Assembly (NCBI GenBank): GCA_041308285.1
Contig: JBFZBV010000156.1
Location: 1-32,573, forward strand
Length of the DNA stretch: 32,573 nt
Direction: 5' to 3'
Origin: Planctomycetota bacterium
GTDB taxonomy: Bacteria; Planctomycetota; JAKEIC01; DYIT01
This document shows positions 24,801-30,999 of this stretch, piece after piece. Every line of letters starts with the position of its first letter. The first letter of the stretch is position 1. Below the pieces are notes generated by a model. It had not been told where the DNA came from, made no database searches, and saw nothing but the letters and a program-made list of their open reading frames with translations. A program made the position numbers and the translations under genes.

Positions 24801-25577
24801 AAACCCCGCCCAGGCTGGAAAAGCATGGACCTCGAGTCCACTACCGACTCGGAGTGGCTCGTCGCAATTGGGGACGACATCGTCTCGGGCGATTACCAGG
24901 CCGTGATTGTCGTGAAAGACATTATCACGGGCCACGAATCCAAGGTCGCTGTGGTGTTCAGGGTCGTTCCAAGGCCTTCGAAACCCGAGCCCAAACCCGA
25001 GCCCAAGCCGGAACCCAAGCCCGAGCCAAAGCCCGAGCCCAAACCGGAACCGAAGCCGGAACCGAAAAGAATCGTTTGGCAGCTCGCCGAGACGAAACTC
25101 GTCAGCAAGGGCCTGGATGACCGCGAGAAGGACAACGACCAGCACTCCATGACCGCTGAGAGCAAGCCGGGCGAGATTACAACCACGTGGGAATGGTTCC
25201 GCAAGGTGAAGAGGAAGTACTCGAAAATCTCGGAGCAGTTCACCTGGCCGGCCCTGCCGAACGAAATCGAGCCGGGCTCGCCGATGAAAATCCAGGGGAG
25301 CGTCAAGCAAATCGAGAAGACCGGGAATCCCCGCGTGGAATTCTGGTACATTGCGGACGCCATTTCCGACGAGAAAATCCAGCCGCACCAGGACGCCGAC
25401 CTGGGCATAATCGGAACCACGGACAGGAAGGGCGATACCAGGAACTGGACCGACCACCCGAAGGGCGAATTCAGGGCGCCCGTGCCCGGATCCCAGTTCA
25501 TCATCCGGGTCGGACTGGCGACCAGGTCCAGCGCCCACCATTTCTATTACTACATATACAAGGCGAGGGAGAAATGA
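21822..25577 (+). CDS. Large lipoprotein with seven tandem ~125-aa beta-rich modules joined by Pro-rich linkers, plus a unique ~170-aa C-terminal domain. Function unknown.
   Basis: An AAGGAG RBS (21810-21815) lies 6 nt before the ATG. The signal peptide and lipobox read MSRSAAIVCVALTALMFVSC, with the Cys at 21879-21881. The repeated modules and linkers are read directly from the translation. Confidence 0.85.
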   Translation: MSRSAAIVCVALTALMFVSCRVYPPPQPTPQPAPQPAPQPAPQPEPQPAPRELSLIENYLTSGREYGNNPRRSEVARPEEVLYFYYKVANPMYAENAGSSYDVRMQIFLAGSPVHDTGFKRIDYIRPRPGTKTQNLSAYEAMKLSFTMSHDMPHGEYKAVITHRDAHSGSSIDITYPFSVPETKLPLEVLSAFATSPDSSAGQEKPMTEPLFGGDSIVFFFKIANLRYNNAAGAPIRMRLTGNRGTTRVHDSGWIDESAMEPNLGGNDRYVREFSHRGCRHEIGTDYAEGRYTFTLTVEDLNTGRTVEIPYEVDVAKREITVLDSFFTAPVLKTSEAARRTAEIRPGEEFGLYYKLGGIRHVRMMGAPYKTALVLKRGGRVIKDYGSRSLNAVPASGVFKPSSVLASFESVTWTIAVGEDWIPGSYTAVVSHHDLNSGLILEIPFEFAVAADQPSPGPEPRAEMKLADSFLTAPVTLPAQAKARGETVQNGETVAFYYKLADIEHVEGVGAPYFTRLVLARGRRVVKDFGWQSRNAVPARYLRSPGMTIETWENAEWTLAVQDFLPGAYSATLTHKDQNSGKAIDIAFKFVVKGEAPAPPPEPEPAPEPTPEPTPEPPHVGTPVKVIESFITFEGENRGKRRDNVLKHGEKLRLHLKMANLRYEKDRGSSFKYCVYLYRGEDLIREFPWLESVVKPRPGWQSMDLPSVTDSEWLIDTAQIDQPGDYEAILSIVDNITGYMTNASYYFRVIQPAPQPEPGPAPRPDPIRLLASFISAHTAKAADARPRSAAVSRGERICFYYKVGGVQHRKGVGAPFETRLFLKRGGMIVADYGQQAQNAVPAAMINNPDFTMDTYENCGWYVTLGRDFPPGTYAAVVTHKDLNSGQTLEFEFAFQTSAAEEPPPVPKPEPRPDPKPPAVGKPVAFLESFVTFDGPDRGKRRSTVVMQGESFRLHVRFANLRYETDRGSLFKTSLCLYRGTQLVKEYPWRESVIKPRPGWKSMDLESTTDSEWLVAIGDDIVSGDYQAVIVVKDIITGHESKVAVVFRVVPRPSKPEPKPEPKPEPKPEPKPEPKPEPKPEPKRIVWQLAETKLVSKGLDDREKDNDQHSMTAESKPGEITTTWEWFRKVKRKYSKISEQFTWPALPNEIEPGSPMKIQGSVKQIEKTGNPRVEFWYIADAISDEKIQPHQDADLGIIGTTDRKGDTRNWTDHPKGEFRAPVPGSQFIIRVGLATRSSAHHFYYYIYKAREK
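21891..21971 (+). repeat. Gln/Pro-rich linker PPPQPTPQPAPQPAPQPAPQPEPQPAP immediately after the lipidated Cys
   Basis: Degenerate 12-nt (cagccNgcNccN-like) tandem units are visible in the DNA. The stretch encodes six Gln. Confidence 0.85.
21975..24968 (+). repeat. Array of seven tandem protein modules. Approximate bounds are 21975-22362, 22372-22767, 22779-23169, 23211-23597, 23691-24071, 24120-24509 and 24588-24968.
   Basis: A-type modules share L.SF.TAP...G[E]...FYYK[LV].....H..G.GAP[YF].T.L.L.RG...V.D[YF]G....NAVPA...PG.Y.A...H.D.NSG...[EI]..F.F. Examples are modules 3, 4 and 6. B-type modules 5 and 7 share ESF[IV]TF.G..RGKRR...GE..RLH...ANLRYE.DRGS.FK...LYRG..L..E[FY]PW.ESV[VI]KPRPGW.SMDL.S.TDSEWL. 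Confidence 0.8.
24981..25067 (+). repeat. (KPEP)7-K linker encoded by a 12-nt tandem repeat with scrambled synonymous codons
   Basis: The DNA reads aaacccgagccc aaacccgagccc aagccggaaccc aagcccgagcca aagcccgagccc aaaccggaaccg aagccggaaccg aaa. Confidence 0.95.
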
Positions 25578-26158
25578 CCGGACCGGACATGGAGCACCTG
25601 CCTTCGTCGCTGGACATCGCGGTCTTCGGAGGCGGATGTTTCTGGTGCCTCGAGGCCGTCTTCAACGAGCTCCGGGGCGTCGTCAGGGCCCTGCCCGGAT
25701 ACGCGGGAGGATCCGTCCCCAATCCGACCTACAAGCAGGTCTGCGCCGGGGACACCGGACACGCGGAGGTCGTCAAAATCACGTTCGATCCGCAGGCGAT
25801 ACTGTTCAAGGATCTCCTGTTCGTCTTTTTCCACACGCACGACCCCACGACGCCGGACAGGCAGGGCCCGGACGAAGGGTCGCAATACAGGTCCCTGGTC
25901 CTCTACAGGAGCGAGGAACAGAAGAAAGCCGCCGAGGACGTCATTGCCGAGCTGGAATCCGCAGGTCTCTGGGGAGGCGATCGCTTCGTCACCGAGATCA
26001 AGCCGTTCGAGGTCTTCTACGAGGCGGAGGTGTCGCACCACGACTACTTCAAGCTCCACCCCGAGAAACCGTACTGCAAAGCCGTGATTTCTCCGAAGGT
26101 AATCAAGCTCCACAAGCTCTTCTCGGACAGAATCAAGGGGCACGGTGAAAGGACTTGA
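25574..26158 (+). CDS. msrA: Peptide methionine-S-sulfoxide reductase
   Basis: Motifs are GGGCFWCLEAVF, GYAGG, PTYKQVCAGDTGHAEVV and HDPTT..RQG.D.G.QYRS. The ATG at 25574 overlaps the lipoprotein TGA (25575-25577) as ATGA. Confidence 0.95.
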   Translation: MTGPDMEHLPSSLDIAVFGGGCFWCLEAVFNELRGVVRALPGYAGGSVPNPTYKQVCAGDTGHAEVVKITFDPQAILFKDLLFVFFHTHDPTTPDRQGPDEGSQYRSLVLYRSEEQKKAAEDVIAELESAGLWGGDRFVTEIKPFEVFYEAEVSHHDYFKLHPEKPYCKAVISPKVIKLHKLFSDRIKGHGERT

Positions 26159-27519
26159 TTCCGCGCAAGGCCGCGGCCCGGGGAACGTGGCTTTCCCCCG
26201 GTTCGAGCCTCGCGGGATGCCGGCCCTTCCGGCCTCGGAAAGGCCCCGTGGAAAAAGGAGTCCTCTTCGTCTGCACGGGCAACGCGGCCAGGAGCCAATT
26301 GGCCGAGGGGATTGCAAAGGCCGTTCTTCCCCCCGGCCTCCCGGTATTCAGCGCAGGCACCAATCCCTCCACCCTCAGCCCTTTCGCGGTGGAAGCCGCC
26401 GCTGAAATCGGCCTGGACATCCGGGGCCGGCGGTCCAAGGGCCTTTCCGAAGTCCCCATGGAGAAGGTGGGGCTCGCGGTCACGCTGTGCGATTCCGCCG
26501 CGGCGGCGTGCCCGGTGATTCCCGGCGCGAAGCGCCTGCACTGGCCGGTCCCGGACCCGGGCGGCGCCGCCTCCGGACCCGCGGCTTTCCGGGCCGCCCG
26601 GGACGAGCTGCTGGCCCGCATCGCGGCCCTCGCGGCCGATTTCGCCCCCGAGCCGGCGGTCGGAGTCGTCGGAGGCACGGGATTCTACGACCTGCCCGGC
26701 CTCTCCGGCGCCGGCCAGGTCGAGGTCGACACCCCGTTCGGCAGGCCCTCGGCCCCGCTGATTGCCGGCCGCCTCGCGGGAAGGAGGGTCGTCTTCCTGG
26801 CCCGCCACGGTCCCTCGCACGGCCTCCTCCCGTCCGAGGTGAACGCCAGGGCCAACGTGTACGCGTTGAAGCGCATGGGCGTAACGAAGCTCATTTCAAT
26901 CTCCGCGGTGGGATCGCTGCGGGAGGAAATCGCTCCCGGCCACGCCGTGATTCCGCGCCAGTTCATCGACATGACTCGGGGAAGACCGGGCAGCTTTTTC
27001 GGCGGAGGCGTGGTGGCCCACGTCGGCATGGCGGAACCCGTGTGCGCCGGCCTCGCCGACGGTCTGGCGGAGGCGGCGGCGGGGCAGGGCTCCGCCGTCC
27101 ACCGTTCCGGCGTCTACCTCTGCATCGAGGGCCCCCAGTTCTCCACGCGCGCCGAATCCGCCCTCTGGAGGAGCTTCGGGGCTGACGTCGTGGGCATGAC
27201 CAACATGCCGGAGGCCAGGCTCGCGCGCGAGGCAGAGATGTGCTTCGCGACCCTGGCCCTCACGACCGACTACGACTGCTGGCGGGAGCGCGGCGGCAGC
27301 GTCAACGTGACCGACGTGATGTCCGTCCTCAGGGCGAACGCCGAGACGGCCAAGGCCGTCGTGGCGGCCGCGGTCGCCGAGGCGGACCCGGCCGCAGGAT
27401 GCGCATGCGGCAGGTCTCTCGACCGGAGCCTCCTCACGCCGCCCGCGTCCCTCGGCCCCGCGCAGTCTCTGCGCCTGCATGCGGTGCTCTCGCGCGTCCT
27501 CCGCTCAGCGCGGGCATGA
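26155..27519 (+). CDS. Fusion of a thioredoxin-coupled (LMW-PTP fold) ArsC-like arsenate reductase domain with S-methyl-5'-thioadenosine phosphorylase (MtnP/MTAP)
   Basis: The N-terminal domain (about 26257-26637) has the P-loop VLFVCTGNAARS and TLCDSAAAACP. The three Cys are spaced +72 and +79, as I recall for the staphylococcal pI258-type ArsC, and HWPVPDP is also present. The C-terminal domain (about 26656-27516) aligns along its length with MTAP: VGGTGFYD, VDTPFGRPS, FLARHG, SAVGSLREEI, MAEP, IEGPQFSTRAES, GADVVGMT and TDYDCW. The start is either TTG 26155 (TTGA overlap with the msrA stop) or GTG 26248. Confidence 0.85.
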   Translation: MIPRKAAARGTWLSPGSSLAGCRPFRPRKGPVEKGVLFVCTGNAARSQLAEGIAKAVLPPGLPVFSAGTNPSTLSPFAVEAAAEIGLDIRGRRSKGLSEVPMEKVGLAVTLCDSAAAACPVIPGAKRLHWPVPDPGGAASGPAAFRAARDELLARIAALAADFAPEPAVGVVGGTGFYDLPGLSGAGQVEVDTPFGRPSAPLIAGRLAGRRVVFLARHGPSHGLLPSEVNARANVYALKRMGVTKLISISAVGSLREEIAPGHAVIPRQFIDMTRGRPGSFFGGGVVAHVGMAEPVCAGLADGLAEAAAGQGSAVHRSGVYLCIEGPQFSTRAESALWRSFGADVVGMTNMPEARLAREAEMCFATLALTTDYDCWRERGGSVNVTDVMSVLRANAETAKAVVAAAVAEADPAAGCACGRSLDRSLLTPPASLGPAQSLRLHAVLSRVLRSARA

Positions 27520-28974
27520 CTCCTCCGGCCTCGATCGCAGGGCCCCGAGGCTGAGCATGAGCCCGGCCAGTATGATGGCCGCCGAAATCCAGAGCGTCCT
27601 GTGGAGCGACTCCACCTGCGCCCAGGCCGGCGCCGAGGTCGCCGCAGCCGTGGGACCCGTCCCGGATATGGATCCGACGCCCTGGGCCCACAGCGCGCCC
27701 ATGACCGCCATCCCCGTCGTCATCCCGAGGACCCGGGTCAGCGACAGCAGCCCCGAGGCCACTCCGAGGCTGTCCCGGTCGACTGATCCCATGATTGCGC
27801 TGTTGTTCGGCGACTGGAACAGGCCCGCCCCTATGCCGATGGGCAGGAACATGAGCACGTACTCCGCGGCCGTGGTACCGGCGCCGAGGGACTGGAGCCC
27901 GACGTAGCCCCCGAGCAGGACCGCAAGGCCAATCGCCGTGAGCGGCCGCGTCCCGAATCGGTCGGAAATCGATCCCGCAATCGGCGCGGTAATCCCCATG
28001 AGGAGCGGCACCACGGCCAGCAGGAGGCCGGCCTGGCTCGGGGTGTATTCCTTGATGTTCTGCAGGAAGAACGGCATGAGGAGCACCGTGGATTGCGCGC
28101 AGAAGAACGTCATGAACCCCGTAACGAGGTTCACCCTGAGCAGCCTGTTCCTGAACATGCCGAGAGCCAGCACCGGATAGGGCGTGCTCCGTTCGCGAAG
28201 CACGAAGAGCGCGGCCGCGGCGGCGGAGCCCGCGAAGAGGCAGATTGGCGCTGCGGACAGGAACCCAGCCCGCTGGCCGACGGTGAGCGCGAGCAGCAGC
28301 GCGGACAGCCCGCCGAGCAGGAGCGCGGCTCCCTGGTAGTCGAACTTCTGCGCGCCCCGGGGCTTGAGATGGGGTATGAAGCGCGCGGCCATCGCTATCC
28401 CTATGGCTCCAACGGGCAGGTTCACGAGGAAAATCCAGCGCCAGCTCAGGGAAGCCAGAATCAGCCCTCCCAGCGTGGGCCCGGAAACCAGCCCTATCGA
28501 AACCATGGTCCCGGTTATGCCCAGCGCCCTGCCCCGCTCGCTCGCTGGGAAGGTCTCCGTGACTATGGCCGCGCCGAGCCCGACCACCAGCGCGCCGCCC
28601 ACGGCCTGGATTACCCTGAAGGCTATCAGCCACGATATGCCCCACGAGAGCGCGCACAGGCCCGATCCGGCGGTGAACACCGCGAAGCCCAGTATGTACA
28701 GGTGCTTCTTCCCCAGCATGTCCCCGAGCCGCCCGGCTGCGGGCAGAAGGACCGTGCTGGCGAGCAGGTAGGCGAGAACCACCCACTGCACGGACGCGAA
28801 GTCCGCGCCAAGGTCGCGCTCCAGGACCGGCAGGGCTATGTTGACGATGCTCCCGTCGATGGTCCCGAGGAAGATCCCCGCGGACACCGAAGCCATGACC
28901 AGCCACCTGCGCGTCGCGGCCCCGCTTCCAGGGTCCTGCGGCGCCTGCGCCGGCTGCTGCACTGCGGTTTCCAT
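27505..28974 (-). CDS. MFS transporter, DHA2 (EmrB/QacA-like, 14-TMS) family
   Basis: The motif GRLGDMLGKKHLYILGF follows TM2, LDGSIVNIALP-like GTIDGSIVNIALP is present, and there are numerous hydrophobic helices over 489 aa. Confidence 0.85.
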   Translation of the reverse strand: METAVQQPAQAPQDPGSGAATRRWLVMASVSAGIFLGTIDGSIVNIALPVLERDLGADFASVQWVVLAYLLASTVLLPAAGRLGDMLGKKHLYILGFAVFTAGSGLCALSWGISWLIAFRVIQAVGGALVVGLGAAIVTETFPASERGRALGITGTMVSIGLVSGPTLGGLILASLSWRWIFLVNLPVGAIGIAMAARFIPHLKPRGAQKFDYQGAALLLGGLSALLLALTVGQRAGFLSAAPICLFAGSAAAAALFVLRERSTPYPVLALGMFRNRLLRVNLVTGFMTFFCAQSTVLLMPFFLQNIKEYTPSQAGLLLAVVPLLMGITAPIAGSISDRFGTRPLTAIGLAVLLGGYVGLQSLGAGTTAAEYVLMFLPIGIGAGLFQSPNNSAIMGSVDRDSLGVASGLLSLTRVLGMTTGMAVMGALWAQGVGSISGTGPTAAATSAPAWAQVESLHRTLWISAAIILAGLMLSLGALRSRPEESCPR

Positions 28975-29136
28975 GGCCGGGATGATTGCACGACGTAGGG
29001 GTTTTTCATAGAGGATTCATCCCGCTGCGCGTGTAACTTTCCGCCCTCCAGACCCGTTGAAACATGCGTCCCCCCTAATCCCTGCGGGCCGGCCGGCCGT
29101 CTGCCGCCGCCCCGCCGGCAACCCGAACCTCTCCTG

Positions 29137-30990
29137 GTGGCGCGCATGAATACCGTTAACAGCCCCGTCATCGCCCTGGTCCGGGCTCTCGCCGCAGGCA
29201 CCGCGACCGCTGCGGAGGGGGACTCGCCCGACGTCCGCAAGGCCTTCCTGGAAGCGTTGAACGCGCTGGAGTTCGGGCGTTTCGACGGCTTCGTCTCCGA
29301 TGTCCCCGTCAGGGAAGCGCTCAAGTTCGTGGCCTCCTCCGCGGGAGTCGAGCTGCCGCTCCCGGACGAAGCGGAGAAGAGGATGGCCAAAGACGAGGCC
29401 GAATCGGCGGCCATCCTCGCCCTCATGGACCGCCTGAGGTTCGCGCGCGAGAAGTTCGACTGGAAGGGCGTCCACCTCTCGGAGATCCTGAAGGACATCG
29501 GCAGGCGCCACGGGTTCCAGCCGGAATTCGACGCCGAAGCCCTCGAATCGCCTGGCGGGGGCGTGCCTCCAAGGGAATACGCCGACCTCGTCGCCAGGCT
29601 CGGCGCGCCGGTCAGGCTCAGCCTCAAGAAAGCGCTTCTCGATGAGGCCGTGAAGGCTCTTTCGTCGCAGGGGGGCGTCACGCTGAAAGTGGGCGACGAC
29701 GTGCACTACGACTCCAGAATCGCAAGGCGCAGCATCCTCACCGGCCGCATGCGCCTCGACGCGGCGCTCGACGCGGTCTGCGCTCAGTACGGCGTCCGCC
29801 TTCGCTACGAGAAGGGAAGCCTCGTCTTCTGCCGGGAGGCGGAGGAGCCCCTGCCCTGGGACCCCTCAGCCGGGAACGCGGGTTTCTGGGTGTCCTTTTC
29901 GGGCGAGGCTCCGGTCGAGGACGCCTTGCGCGCCGCGCTGGCCTCCTGCATGCCCCCCCTCGCCCTCAGGTTCAGGGCCGGCCGCTGGACCGTGGCAGTG
30001 TCGAACGGCGCGACGTTCCCCTGGGACGGCGAACTTCCGGGCTACATCCGCCGGGAGGAAATCAGCGGCGGAATCCTCGGCGCAGTGAATTCCATGCTCC
30101 AGGGATACGGGCTGGCCGTCGGATTCCCGGCCGGGAAGCCGGCGCTCGTGCAGGCCGACAAGGCGGAGGCTTCCGTGCCCCGCACCGGGATTGCATACCA
30201 CCTGTCCTTCCTCAAAGGCACGAGCGAGAATTTCCCCGGCCACTTCCCTGAGACGGGCGACGACCAGGCGGCAAGCCTGTGGGAAAAAGAAAGCGGGGAG
30301 CGGTGGTCGGCGATGGACATGCGCGAGAAAGTCCTCTACTACGTCCGCGACAACCTCCTCTGCAGGGGAAGCATGGGCCCGGACCTGAACGAGGCGGAGC
30401 TGTCCGGGAACGTGCTCACGGTGAAGGCCACTCCGGACGTGCACGAGAAAATCGCCGGCCTTCTGAACGGACTGGGTATGAACTGCCGCAAGGCGGTGAA
30501 GATTACCTTCCATTTCCTGCAGGCGGACTTGAGCCTGATGAAGGAGCTGTCTTCGTCGGGCGGGCTTTCGTGGGGCGGGCTCGAGCCCGTGCAGGTCGCC
30601 ATGATTGAGAAGGCCATCGCGGACAAGACCGCGTCCAGCCTCAAGAGGTCGAGCATCATCGCCTTCAACGGCCAGAAAGTCAACGCGTCCAGCGTCCGCC
30701 AGAGGACCTACGTGAGGGACTACGACGTGGAGGTCGCTCAGGGCGCCCAGATTGGGGATCCGATTGTGGGCATGATTAGGGAAGGCATGGTGTGCGAAGC
30801 CGTGCCCGTGGTCTTCGGCGGCGGCAGGATACTCGTCGACCTCAGGACCGCCGTCGCCAAGGTCGTGGAGCCCGTCGAGTCCTTCGAGACCCCCCACGGG
30901 GCCATCTCGATGCCCAAAATCGACTTCCAGCGCATCGCCACCTCGCTCTTCGTGAACGACGGGGGTTCCGTCCTCCTCGGAGGCACGTGA
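29137..30990 (+). CDS. Secretin-like outer-membrane protein, module 1: STN/N0-like repeats plus a secretin-like beta domain. It ends at an in-frame TGA inside the domain.
   Basis: N0/STN-like motifs are VSDVPVREALKFVASSAGVEL, WKGVHLSEILKDIGRRHGF and MRLDAALDAVCAQYGVRLRYEKGSLVF. The C-terminal region reads IIAFNGQKVNASSVRQRTYVRDYDVEVAQ...ISMPKIDFQRIATSLFVNDGGSVLLGG, which resembles secretin C-domain patterns. The start is uncertain (GTG 29137 or ATG 29146). Confidence 0.55.
   Translation: MARMNTVNSPVIALVRALAAGTATAAEGDSPDVRKAFLEALNALEFGRFDGFVSDVPVREALKFVASSAGVELPLPDEAEKRMAKDEAESAAILALMDRLRFAREKFDWKGVHLSEILKDIGRRHGFQPEFDAEALESPGGGVPPREYADLVARLGAPVRLSLKKALLDEAVKALSSQGGVTLKVGDDVHYDSRIARRSILTGRMRLDAALDAVCAQYGVRLRYEKGSLVFCREAEEPLPWDPSAGNAGFWVSFSGEAPVEDALRAALASCMPPLALRFRAGRWTVAVSNGATFPWDGELPGYIRREEISGGILGAVNSMLQGYGLAVGFPAGKPALVQADKAEASVPRTGIAYHLSFLKGTSENFPGHFPETGDDQAASLWEKESGERWSAMDMREKVLYYVRDNLLCRGSMGPDLNEAELSGNVLTVKATPDVHEKIAGLLNGLGMNCRKAVKITFHFLQADLSLMKELSSSGGLSWGGLEPVQVAMIEKAIADKTASSLKRSSIIAFNGQKVNASSVRQRTYVRDYDVEVAQGAQIGDPIVGMIREGMVCEAVPVVFGGGRILVDLRTAVAKVVEPVESFETPHGAISMPKIDFQRIATSLFVNDGGSVLLGGT
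30988..30990 (+). other. Single in-frame TGA separating two ORFs in the same reading frame
   Basis: 29137 and 31000 are in the same frame. The sequence across the stop reads ...SVLLGGT*SIEVGKNLLLLLTVSVIPD. Confidence 0.9.
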
Positions 30991-30999
30991 TCGATCGAG

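Noticed and set aside
21891-25067. Periodic short DNA repeats (PQPA, PEPT and KPEP tracts) as a CRISPR array or other non-coding repeat locus
   Set aside because: The repeats are 12-nt units in frame within a long ORF that has an RBS and a lipoprotein signal. There is no repeat-spacer organisation.
21675-25541. 1288-aa minus-strand ORF
   Set aside because: It is antisense to the modular lipoprotein gene. Its GLGF/RLG repeats are simply the mirror image of the KPEP/PQPA linkers. It has no RBS or signal sequence, and its composition is dominated by Arg, Gly and Val.
26155-28974. ArsC-like domain plus adjacent transporter as a classical ars operon
   Set aside because: The transporter is a convergently oriented DHA2-type MFS protein, not ArsB or Acr3. 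No arsR or arsA is present.
30988-30990. TGA as selenocysteine or genome-wide TGA recoding
   Set aside because: I see no convincing SECIS-like hairpin immediately downstream; there is only a 4-bp gagg/cctc stem. Neighbouring well-supported genes terminate at TGA.
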